Shown: positions 26,851-35,736 of the stretch, one piece after another
Position numbering within the stretch: position 1 is the first letter of the stretch
Layout: each line of letters opens with the position of its first letter
DNA from: an uncultured Porphyromonadaceae bacterium
GTDB taxonomy: Bacteria; Bacteroidota; Bacteroidia; Bacteroidales; UBA12481
Assembly (NCBI GenBank): GCA_964512915.1
Contig: CAZEKJ010000002.1
Coordinates: forward strand, 152,977-216,976
Length of the DNA stretch: 64,000 nucleotides
Reading direction: 5' to 3'
Position numbers and translations under genes: made by a program
The notes under the pieces: model-generated
The model's database searches: none
What the model was told of the DNA's origin: nothing
What the model saw: the letters and a program-made list of their open reading frames with translations, nothing else

Positions 26851-27565
26851 TCCATTTAAAGAGATAAAAGAACTTACAAGAGACGTAGAAACGTATCTAC
26901 GAAAAAATCGGTCGACGATTTATAACAACTCTAAACGGATAAGTGATTTCTTTGAAATGGCTTGCTATAACAATATTGTTCGATTCTACGAGAATAGCGG
27001 ATATGATGTATTAATTCAGAATCTAAAAAGGAGCAAGTTTAATTATAAGTGCACTGCAGCGGGAAACCCTGAAAACTATTCATTTTTTGAAGCAAAGAAA
27101 AGAATAGGCGGACTTGAATATGTTTATGAAATAAGACATAATATCACTGTTCAATCTTATCATAACAATGACACTTATACTACACCAGACATCTCTGTTT
27201 TAAAGCCAAATTCAATTCTTGTAGATGATAACTTTTATGAAAGTAAAATGAAATACTATTATGTAAAAAACAGTTCACTTATTTCATTCTGCGAAGTAAA
27301 AAATTTTAATCCGTTTCCTGAGTTACTCTTTAACTTTATTGGCGTAGTAAATGAATTGCGTCCTAACCTATTGAGACAAGTTCGTAGTTCCGGAAAATCT
27401 CATATTGCAACAACATTAATGATTTCAGGTAAATCGAATAGTCACGCAGACAGAATAATAAATAACTTGCAAAACAGGTATCACATAAATATTCTTTGCG
27501 ACTTATTTAATATTGGAGGTGCAACCTTTGGACGATTTTCAATAAACAGACTAAAAACAGTATGA
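26843..27565 (+). CDS. predicted PD-(D/E)xK-fold (restriction-endonuclease-like) protein
   Basis: TPDISVL (PD), then 43 residues, then ISFCEVKNF (E-x-K), preceded by an acidic helix (DFFEMACYNNIV). The spacing and order fit the PD-(D/E)xK core. The call rests on motifs only. Confidence 0.45.
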   Translation: MANPFKEIKELTRDVETYLRKNRSTIYNNSKRISDFFEMACYNNIVRFYENSGYDVLIQNLKRSKFNYKCTAAGNPENYSFFEAKKRIGGLEYVYEIRHNITVQSYHNNDTYTTPDISVLKPNSILVDDNFYESKMKYYYVKNSSLISFCEVKNFNPFPELLFNFIGVVNELRPNLLRQVRSSGKSHIATTLMISGKSNSHADRIINNLQNRYHINILCDLFNIGGATFGRFSINRLKTV

Positions 27566-27578
27566 TGATAAGAAAAAA

Positions 27579-27716
27579 GGCTGCTAACACGGGTTTTGCG
27601 TCAGGCGGGCTGACCTGCAAACTTGGAGCGTTGTGCTTTTATTCAAGTTCAGTACTGGTTGACAGTTTTGTGCTCAGAAACACGCCCGAGGGCAAAGACC
27701 GAAACTGTTAGCTTAC
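27579..27716 (+). repeat. GC-richer imperfect palindrome between cassettes (attC-like)
   Basis: The outer boxes TGCTAAC (27582-27588) and GTTAGCT (27707-27713) are complementary at 6 of 7 positions. The arms CGGGTTTTGCGTCAGGCGGGC and GCCCGAGGGCAAAGACCG pair imperfectly with bulges. Length is about 138 nt. Confidence 0.35.
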
Positions 27717-27729
27717 ACAATTGTAAAAC

Positions 27730-28562
27730 ATGAATCCGGCTGAAGAATGTTTAAATTGTTTACAACAACAGAATTGGACTAGACTAAGTAGTATCCTTTC
27801 TGACAACAGTATTGCTGGTGTATTAGCGGAATCACCAACTTTTTCAATTTTTGAGAATATTTTTATCGACGAACTTAAAAAATTTGAGAAAGATTCAAAC
27901 CAAGATTTTCTTATTGTTGCAGTCAGGATTTTTCAAATTCACCAAAACAAAAATTCGGCTTTTAACCTCTCACATAATGCTTTATTGAAAATAGCAAAAT
28001 ATCTTTTCGATAAAAATCCCCAAGAAAATTATGCCAAAATATTTCATGATGACTCTGAAGCTCAACAATTTCTAGAAAATTATAACCATGAGATTCAGTC
28101 TAAAATAGAGACAACCCGTATTAGCGCAAATCTTAACATAAAAGTTGGTGAACATGCAGAAATAGTTTTTCAGAAAGAGATTTTTAATTCGCCTCAAGAG
28201 ATAGAGCTTTTCATAGCAGCAAAAAAGGTTTTACCAATTTCCATTTTACTTCCTAACATTGCTTTAAGTACGATTATCGATTCAAAGGTTTGTGAGTTTC
28301 TCGATAAATCAACCACCACATTTTTCTTCAAATCGACTATTGACCTTTGTATTGTTAATCCTTACACATTTACACCGGACTTTTCATTGAACTTGACAGC
28401 AGTTGGCATGATAAACCTAGAAACAAAGAGAATGATAAGAAAAAAAATGAGATTTTTAAAGTGGCAGGGTTGAAACTAAATAGGATCAGAAAAAGAGAGA
28501 ATAAAGAAATGATTGAAATCTTTGAACTATTTATTAAAAATACGCAAGCTAACGTCCGCTAA
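27730..28562 (+). pseudogene. DUF2726-type (NERD/endonuclease-like) protein, -1 frame break at a T4 run
   Basis: The frame reads ...STIDLCIVNPYTFTPDF up to TTTT 28381-28384. The -1 frame continues FIELDSSWHDKPRNKENDKKKNEIFKVAGLKLNRIRK..., the conserved IELDGxxHD...AG core of DUF2726, to TAA 28560-28562. Confidence 0.6.
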
Positions 28563-28644
28563 ACCCCATGCTATCCTTCCTGGATCGTAATCGCGATCCG
28601 TTTTACTAACGCACGGGTTTTGCACCACATGTTGTGCGTCATGG

Positions 28645-29648
28645 TTAAGAAGCAGTGTATGAATGCGCCTTACAGGCTAACAAGGTTATACCGGCAGTTT
28701 TATCATACACGTCATACGCTTGGTATCCATCACATTGCAAAGCACCTTGGTACGACTCTAACATCTCACCGGATTCCTGGCGGCTCCGGCTTTTACTGTA
28801 ATCGAACAGAACCAGATGATCTGGTGGAGAATGATATACCCAAAAATACCTTTTATACATAGCCCTGGGTTTATCTTGTGTTTGGACGGGAATCGGTGTC
28901 TCATCAACCTGCAGGTACTGACTTTGCTTAATCTGCTTCAAGAGAACCTCGTACAAAGGTTCCAACAGGCGGCATGTGGCCGAAAACCAGTCGTTCAGGG
29001 TCGATTCGGCCAGGTGACCCCCCTGGTCCCGGTTGAAAATCTGGGACTGGCGGTACAACGGAAGGTGGTCAATGTACTTGTTTGTCACAATGCTGGCCAG
29101 CAAGCTGGGGCCAGCGTTACTCGAAGGGATCGAAAGTTTGGGAAGGTCTGCGATCAGAATCTTCCCTGTCCCGGGATCTACGAACTTCGGACGGATGTAC
29201 TTAAGAACAAACTGGCGTCCGGGTTCATACTCCATGTGCTCATGCTTCTTAGGCCAATTTCTTTAAGACCTGTGACATCCTCTTCGGGCAACAGGATCTG
29301 TTCAATCCGGGGCAAATGGGCCGGAATAGCTTCGCGGACATGACCTTTTTTAGCCGTTTTGTTATGGGTATAGGCGATCTCCTCCTTTTCTGGTTCCAGA
29401 GCCTTCGCCTTTTCAAAACCTAGGTTCAATGCCAACTATGAGGGATCTTCGCGCACATGCCGTTCGCTTTTGCTCCCAAAAAGCATCCGCTTCAGGTTGG
29501 CCAGTTCCTGGCGAAGAAACTCGTAGTTGGCTTCCAGTTGCAATAAACGGTCATGCTCCGCTTTTGGAATGGTCACCTGATCGTTATGTTCTTCCCGTAA
29601 ACCCATATCCGAAGGTACAAAAATATTGGCTGAAAGCCCAATAAACAT
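28645..29648 (-). pseudogene. IS66-family transposase TnpC (frameshifted, C-terminus missing)
   Basis: The leucine-zipper N-terminus is LLQLEANYEFLRQELANLKRMLFGSKSER. After frame changes come ...KYIDHLPLYRQSQIF... and YLQVDETPIPV...YFWVY. The gene ends at ...LLACKAH without the NxLFxGS region. Confidence 0.75.
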
Positions 29649-29659
29649 TAATGTTTTAG

Positions 29660-30052
29660 CTAAAAACTTACCAACACATCAGGCCCGGTTTTGTTCAAGT
29701 CGGTCGAATTCTGAATATCGTTTTTTCGTTTGATATGAGTAATGGAAATCCCTTCGTTCATCTTCACCAACTCAGCCCAACTCATCACGAAGGTCATCGA
29801 GGACGAGTTAAAAGCAGGAAATTCCAGTGTGACTGTCTCAAGTCTTTTATAATAGAGAATGTATCCTCCCTCTTCCCAACGCAACAATTCTATCCGGTCA
29901 CGGCTATGATTAATGAAAATGAACACTTCTCCGGAACTTGCATTGCGGCGAAGTTGACGTTCGACCAAACCGCTCAACCCATCAAAATTCTTTCGCATAT
30001 CGGTAGGCTCACGAAACAAATAATAACAACAGGAGATGGTCAGTGCAAACAT
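29660..30052 (-). CDS. IS66 Orf2 (TnpB) accessory protein
   Basis: YLFREPTDMRKNFDGLSGLVERQL...IFINHSRDRIELLRWEEGGYILYYKRLE is the conserved IS66 TnpB core. Confidence 0.8.
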   Translation of the reverse strand: MFALTISCCYYLFREPTDMRKNFDGLSGLVERQLRRNASSGEVFIFINHSRDRIELLRWEEGGYILYYKRLETVTLEFPAFNSSSMTFVMSWAELVKMNEGISITHIKRKNDIQNSTDLNKTGPDVLVSF

Positions 30053-30643
30053 GGCTTATTTCCTGCAAATACGTGACTCCGCCATAGAAAGTGAGGACGG
30101 ACCTGACAAAACAACCTGGATGCCATCAGGGAACCGGATCTCGATCTTTTCATCACCGGCGGCCGGTTGCGGGGCATCAGCCAGATGCACTGGAATAAAT
30201 GCGGAAACCTGACTTTAAGTAGAATTTAATTTTCTGACGGCTGGGGTGCCAAATTTGCTTTTTAAACCCGACTTATGCGTTAAACTGTAAAGCAACGGGT
30301 TCCTAATTTTGTAGAGCTCCATAGCGACATATTTTTGTGCCTGGAAAAGGAGAGTCTAGATTCTTCTTGCACAAGACGCTCATGGCCGATGGCTTACGTT
30401 GCGGAAAACCCGCCTAACGGATTAGGTCTATCTTACGGTTCTCTGCTCTTGCTTCATACTCCCGTGATAACAGACTGTGCAGGTATTGCTCAAAAGAGAG
30501 GCTCTCATGTGCAACTGAACCGGAAGTGGGTCCACCTGAATCGGCGGGGACGGGACAATATATCCTTTATTCCAGTAAATGATTCCCACTGGATCCTTTA
30601 ATTATCCTATATTTGTTTTATCGAGTTGGTGAAAAGCCACTTA

Positions 30644-30730
30644 TCGTACCAAATTGTAGCCACTATCCTTGAACAAACCAAAGAAGTGGCTAACTTTATA
30701 ACAATATGACGGATAAAACACTTTAGGTTA
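30644..30730 (+). repeat. 87-bp repeat, copy 2 (first copy at 19071-19157)
   Basis: TCGTACCAAATTGTAGCCACTATCCTTGAACAAACCAAAGAAGTGGCTAACTTTATAACAATATGACGGATAAAACACTTTAGGTTA lies 46 nt upstream of the TIR operon start. Confidence 0.8.
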
Positions 30731-30776
30731 TGGGCAAGGCTAGGACGACATACAAACAACAGAATAAGACAATGAA

Positions 30777-31328
30777 ATGGCAATATTAACAAGAGGACAA
30801 TTTGCATCGATTGCTCAAACCAAAGCCGGGACAAGAGGACTTCGTGGCATCGTGAATGAGAGTAGAATGTTTTCAAAAGCAACTTCAATTACAAGCATTT
30901 TTCTTTCTCATTCACATACCGACAAAGACGTAATTGAACAAGCTAAAATTTTCTTTGAAAATTTAGGTATAAGCGTTTATGTCGACTGGGCAGACAAAAC
31001 AATGTCTGAAAGCACGAACGGAGAAACTGCACAAAAAATAAAAAAGCAAATCATTAACGGCAACGACAAATTTGTTTTGTTGGCGACAAATAATGCTGTT
31101 TCATCAAAATGGTGTAATTGGGAAGTTGGAATAGCAGACCCATTTAAACTTGCGAATAAAAAAATCGCATTACTGCCATTAGCAGACAACAGTGGTAATT
31201 GGAATGGAAACGAATACTTGCAAATTTATCCACGAATAGAAAGGAGTTCAACAAACTTGAATGAATACTACGTTTGGTATCCTGATGGAACTTTAGAAAC
31301 TATCTCAACTTGGTTAAACAGAAAATAA
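30777..31328 (+). CDS. stand-alone TIR-domain protein
   Basis: SIFLSHSHTDKD (strand A), ISVYVDW, and KFVLLATNNAVSSKWCNWEVG with the conserved W..E glutamate. The stop abuts the next start (taaATG at 31326-31331). Confidence 0.7.
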   Translation: MAILTRGQFASIAQTKAGTRGLRGIVNESRMFSKATSITSIFLSHSHTDKDVIEQAKIFFENLGISVYVDWADKTMSESTNGETAQKIKKQIINGNDKFVLLATNNAVSSKWCNWEVGIADPFKLANKKIALLPLADNSGNWNGNEYLQIYPRIERSSTNLNEYYVWYPDGTLETISTWLNRK

Positions 31329-32501
31329 ATGACTACAAAGTATCAAATTATTAAAATTGGTTCCGACAATCCTTTTTACAAAGAGGTATTGAATACTTTG
31401 TTTCATCATATTGAAGAGCTTGGTTTAGCAAAAGAATCAATCCTTGAAATTGATGAGAGCAATTTTCATAATGAATACAAAGGAAATGCTCCAGCATTTT
31501 GCCTATACTTTGGAAGCGATTCAGGTTCTTTCAAGAACCTTGATTTACTCGAAATTTTAATTAAGGAAGCCAGCTTAATACTCCCTATTGCCTCTGACTT
31601 AGACAAATTTAGTTCTCAAATTCCAAAAGAATTAGCGAATGTAAACGGCTTTGAATTAGCGACTAAAAATGACATTGAAAAACTTGTTTCGTGCATATTG
31701 GAAGGACTTAGTTTGTTACGACTTTCTCGAAGGCTATTTATTAGTTACAAAAGAGATGAATCTTCAACAGTCGCAATTCAATTGTTTGAGCAATTGGAAA
31801 AAAATGGCTTTGATGTTTTCCTTGACACACATAGTATTCGATCCGGTGAGCCTTTTCAAGAGGAACTTTGGCATAGAATGGCTGACACTGATGTAGTTGT
31901 TTTATTAAATACACCGGGATTTTTGAATAGCAATTGGACAACACAAGAGTTGGCTAAAGCCAACTCTATGTCAATTGGTATTTTACAGGTGATTTGGCCT
32001 TCACATAAACTTGAAAGAGATGCAGAATTAAGCATTCCGCTTCAATTAAGTGATTCCGATTTTGGGAACAGTATATTTAAGGAACCAACGAGTTATCTAA
32101 CCCAAAATACAATATCAAATATCATTAGACAAGTTGAATCGTTAAGAGCACGAAGTCTAGCTTCAAGACAAGACAATATAATTACTGAATTTATTGCATC
32201 TTCAAATAGAATTGGAAAAAAGGCTGACCTTCAATCTGAAAAATTTATCACAATCAAACGCAGTGATGGAAAAGAATTATTGATTATTCCAACTGTTGGT
32301 GTTCCTCAAGCATTTACTTATAACCAATCTGAAGAGTTAGTAGCGAGAATAAAATCCAAAAATGTGGCAGGTGCATACTTACTCTTTGACCATAGAAATA
32401 TTAGAGAAAAATGGATTAAACATTTGGATTGGTTAGACATTTATCTCCCAGTTAAAACAATTAAAATTGTAAAAGCAGAAGAATGGTTAAAGACAATTTA
32501 A
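31329..32501 (+). CDS. TIR-domain protein with unassigned N- and C-terminal extensions
   Basis: The central RLFISYKRDESSTVAIQLFEQLEKNGFDVFLDTHSIRSGEPF...VVVLLNTPGFLNSNWTTQELAKA is a TIR domain. The ~130-residue flanks on each side carry no motif I recognise. Confidence 0.7.
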   Translation: MTTKYQIIKIGSDNPFYKEVLNTLFHHIEELGLAKESILEIDESNFHNEYKGNAPAFCLYFGSDSGSFKNLDLLEILIKEASLILPIASDLDKFSSQIPKELANVNGFELATKNDIEKLVSCILEGLSLLRLSRRLFISYKRDESSTVAIQLFEQLEKNGFDVFLDTHSIRSGEPFQEELWHRMADTDVVVLLNTPGFLNSNWTTQELAKANSMSIGILQVIWPSHKLERDAELSIPLQLSDSDFGNSIFKEPTSYLTQNTISNIIRQVESLRARSLASRQDNIITEFIASSNRIGKKADLQSEKFITIKRSDGKELLIIPTVGVPQAFTYNQSEELVARIKSKNVAGAYLLFDHRNIREKWIKHLDWLDIYLPVKTIKIVKAEEWLKTI

Positions 32502-33073
32502 ATAAAGTGTTTTTATCTGCAAGTATTCCTTATCCCGACAGAGATAAGAAATTCTTTGATACTGCTGATATTGTTTCTATTAGAGATGCAGTGCGAGCAT
32601 TGGCAACTGTTGTAATCCCGAAAGCATATCTCATTTGGGGTGGACATCCTTCAATAACGCCTTTAATTCGTTTTGTGATGGATAAAATGAATGCAGATGT
32701 AAAAAAACACATTACACTTTACCAATCGTTATTTTTTGAAGATGAATTTCTTCCTGACAGCTTTACTTTTGAAAACATTGTGTTGACAAAAAGGAAAAAT
32801 ACCCGTGAGAAAAGTCTAGAATTAATGAGAAGCGAACTAATAAATGACAATGATTTTAATGTGGGAATTTTTATCGGTGGTATGGAAGGTATAAATGACG
32901 AATATTTGATGTTTAGGAATAAACATCCTAATGCTCTAATTTTACCGATTGCAAGCACAGGTGCTGCAGCAAAAATGCTTTACGATAACCAACCAAACAA
33001 ATTTGACCACAGATTACTGAATGATTACGCATATATGGCATTGTTCAGAGATTTACTTAAAAACTATATTTAA
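32483..33073 (+). CDS. stand-alone SLOG/LOG-like Rossmann-fold protein
   Basis: VFLSASIP (strand 1), the glycine loops LIWGGHPSITPL and IFIGGMEGINDE, and ILPIASTGAAA fit the SLOG (Smf/DprA-LOG) superfamily, the sensor fold of Thoeris ThsA. The gene overlaps the upstream gene by 19 nt. Confidence 0.55.
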   Translation: MVKDNLNKVFLSASIPYPDRDKKFFDTADIVSIRDAVRALATVVIPKAYLIWGGHPSITPLIRFVMDKMNADVKKHITLYQSLFFEDEFLPDSFTFENIVLTKRKNTREKSLELMRSELINDNDFNVGIFIGGMEGINDEYLMFRNKHPNALILPIASTGAAAKMLYDNQPNKFDHRLLNDYAYMALFRDLLKNYI

Positions 33074-33084
33074 TAATTACAATA

Positions 33085-33804
33085 ATGGGGAAAAAGATTT
33101 TTGTTTCATACAAATATTCTGACTCTCAAGTGCAGGATTTAAACATATATGAGGATGTGAAAAACATTTGGGGCAATGTGTATCGTCAAAAAGTAACAAC
33201 TACAGCCCGACATTATGTAGATAAAATTGATGAATTATTAGAAGCGGGTGACCATATTTTTAAAGGCGAAGATGATGGAGAGAATATGAGCACTCTCAAA
33301 GACGCTACAATCAGTTCAAAATTAGGAAACAAAATATTTGATAGCTCGGTAACTATTGTCTTGATCTCAAAAGGCATGAAGGAAACTTACAATGCTGAAA
33401 AAGATCAATGGATTCCTTGGGAGGTTTCATACTCTCTTAAAGAGCAATCAAGAGAAGGGGGAAGAAGTAAGACAAATGCTGTATTGGCAGTTGTGCTACC
33501 AGACATATTTGGAAGTTATAGTTATTATATCGAGGAAAACACTTGCCATTACTGTAATTGTAGGACCTTAAAGACGGATTTTCTTTTTCAAATTCTTCGA
33601 GATAATATGTTTAATGTGAAGAAGCCCGTTTTCACAGAATGTGAGAATCACATTGGGAGTAAACCCTATAAGGGATATTCGTCCTTTATGCATTCTGTTA
33701 AATGGTCGGACTTTATTTCAAATCCAAATTTGAATATCAACATAGCAGTTGAAATATGGCAAAATATTAATGATTATAAGATAACTAAAATTGTAACCCT
33801 ATAG
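33085..33804 (+). CDS. TIR-like protein of the DUF1863 / ThsB type
   Basis: KIFVSYKYSDSQ, a long insert, then SSVTIVLISKGMKETYNAEKDQWIPWEVSYSL. A C-terminal CHYCNC...C cluster is also present. Confidence 0.6.
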   Translation: MGKKIFVSYKYSDSQVQDLNIYEDVKNIWGNVYRQKVTTTARHYVDKIDELLEAGDHIFKGEDDGENMSTLKDATISSKLGNKIFDSSVTIVLISKGMKETYNAEKDQWIPWEVSYSLKEQSREGGRSKTNAVLAVVLPDIFGSYSYYIEENTCHYCNCRTLKTDFLFQILRDNMFNVKKPVFTECENHIGSKPYKGYSSFMHSVKWSDFISNPNLNINIAVEIWQNINDYKITKIVTL

Positions 33805-33806
33805 CC

Positions 33807-35660
33807 ATGGCGATTGTTTTTTTATCATATAACACTTTTGATACAAGCTACTTAAAAATTCTTAAAGAAAAGTTAAGTGAGGCCAATATAGATATATGGG
33901 AGGATAATGAAGGCATAAAACCTGGTTCCAATCTAAGGATAGAAATTGAAAAGGGAGTTAGAAAATCTAAGTATTTTCTTTTTTGTATAGGTGAAAATGG
34001 CATAGGACGCTGGCAAAAAGAAGAATTTGAAATAGCATATTATCAGAAAGTCAACAATAAGATCGTTATTATTCCAATTGTATTACCAAACGGGGGAAAA
34101 GAATTCGACTCAAATAAAACACCGAAGATTCTTAAGGTAATTAACTTTGTCAACTTTAATTCGGGTTTAAATGATAAAAAAGAATGGATTCGTTTTTTAA
34201 ATCTGTTAAGGATTAAACCTAAACATCAAGTTAAGGAAAATACTAGTGCTGATTTTCTGAGAAAAGCTGCCAGTGTCGCTTTATTTAATAATAATAGAAT
34301 TCTATTATTGAGAAGAAACGAAAAAAATAAAAATGGAATAGGGCAATGGCAATTGCCAGGTGGTAAAATAGGAAGAGAAAATGAACTTACGGCAATCCAA
34401 AGAGAAGTTAAGGAAGAAGTTGGTATCAATATTCCTAAAAACAACTTTAAATATTTGACCGTTGTAAAAGATGTATGGCTTGATAAAAGTTCAGGAATAT
34501 CGTTACAAATGAGTCTCTATACATGCGAAATTGATTCAGTGGAAATCCTTCTTGAAAACGAGTTTGATGAATTTATTTGGATAGATATCAATGAAATATC
34601 TAACCGAAAAGACATAATCCTCTTTGGCATAAACAATCGTTTGGTAAAAATTATAAGAAGATATAAAAACATTACTTTGCCGCTACGAGAAATATCAGAA
34701 CATCTTGAATCAAATTATATAATCTATCCTGTTTTAATTTCCAGCCTTCCGATTAATTCAAGCTATGTTTTACTGGATATGTTAAGTATGTTCGGAATTA
34801 TAGATGACAATTCAGGTTTTATAGCTTCATCAAATTTATCAGCCTCTATTTTGAATATTTTTTCAATTTGGGCTTTATCTGAACAGAAAATTTTTGAGAA
34901 TACGGTGACCGATATTTCTTTTAATAAAAAAAGCAATGAACTCAATCCCAAAATATTTGAAAGTCATCACGCAATAGTAGATTTATTTTCAAAGAGACTA
35001 GGTATTCCGATTAGTCAGAGAAGTGTTTGTGATACTTTGCTATTAATAGAAGATGAATTAGTTGGTAAAACATTTTTACTCATGCGGTGGGATTTTAGGG
35101 CAAATAAGTTTCAAATCCCAGCAAAAGGATTAGAATTATTGGAAGGCGATAAAAGGGAAATGCCTGCAAAGTTTGTAGTTAGCCAAAGATTTGGACATGA
35201 ATGTGTTTCAATGTTTAGGTATCAACACCTTGGAAATTTCAGCACCGTTCATCAAAGTGCTGGAAGCCTTATGGATGGAACCCTTATTAGAGATTATCAT
35301 ATAAGTTTGTTTGGATTAATTCTAATAAAACAGCATTTTGAAAAATTTATTAATAAAGTGGAGGGAATAAATTCAGAAGCGGTAAAGGTTCTGAATTCAA
35401 AAAAAACATTATCAACTGATAAACATCCTTCAATATACTTTTGGGTTGAGTTAGATATGCTCAAAAAAAATCCAACGGAATTATTCAATCATCAAATTCA
35501 AGGCTTCAATGAGATATTAAATAGTTTGGGATTTGATATTTTTAATAGAATTAAGCAATTTAGCGCCATTGATATTTCAAAAACCAGAATACAAATTCTA
35601 GATAATATTAGCAGTAAGTTCCTTAAGTCATTAAATAAGAAAGAAAAGCCCAGCCGATAA
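33807..35660 (+). CDS. TIR - NUDIX hydrolase fusion with ~330-residue unassigned C-terminal region
   Basis: The N-terminal IVFLSYNTFD...YFLFCIGENGIGRWQKEEFEIAY is a TIR domain. An exact Nudix box GGKIGRENELTAIQREVKEEVGI (G-x5-E-x7-REUxEExGU) follows. The remaining C-terminal region has no motif I recognise. The start lies 2 nt after the upstream stop. Confidence 0.8.
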   Translation: MAIVFLSYNTFDTSYLKILKEKLSEANIDIWEDNEGIKPGSNLRIEIEKGVRKSKYFLFCIGENGIGRWQKEEFEIAYYQKVNNKIVIIPIVLPNGGKEFDSNKTPKILKVINFVNFNSGLNDKKEWIRFLNLLRIKPKHQVKENTSADFLRKAASVALFNNNRILLLRRNEKNKNGIGQWQLPGGKIGRENELTAIQREVKEEVGINIPKNNFKYLTVVKDVWLDKSSGISLQMSLYTCEIDSVEILLENEFDEFIWIDINEISNRKDIILFGINNRLVKIIRRYKNITLPLREISEHLESNYIIYPVLISSLPINSSYVLLDMLSMFGIIDDNSGFIASSNLSASILNIFSIWALSEQKIFENTVTDISFNKKSNELNPKIFESHHAIVDLFSKRLGIPISQRSVCDTLLLIEDELVGKTFLLMRWDFRANKFQIPAKGLELLEGDKREMPAKFVVSQRFGHECVSMFRYQHLGNFSTVHQSAGSLMDGTLIRDYHISLFGLILIKQHFEKFINKVEGINSEAVKVLNSKKTLSTDKHPSIYFWVELDMLKKNPTELFNHQIQGFNEILNSLGFDIFNRIKQFSAIDISKTRIQILDNISSKFLKSLNKKEKPSR

Positions 35661-35736
35661 TAAATAAGGCTTCGTATAATACTCCCTGAAATTCATGCCA
35701 CTGGTTAAGTTTAAAAACAACGATTAAATTTATCCA

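Larger units (their letters stand above)
28640..30397 (-). mobile_element. IS66-family element, 3'-truncated and frameshifted
   Basis: A decayed orf1 (...IEIRFPDGIQVVLSGPSSLSMAESRI), TnpB and TnpC lie in the canonical order on the minus strand. A GTAAGCC terminus, read on the minus strand, ends at 30397. The transposase breaks off near 28645. Confidence 0.7.

Noticed and set aside
30777-35660. Calling the operon canonical type I or type II Thoeris
   Set aside because: No SIR2-SLOG ThsA and no Macro or TM ThsA-type effector is present. The SLOG-like protein stands alone and a NUDIX fusion is present. I report it as Thoeris-like rather than as a known subtype.
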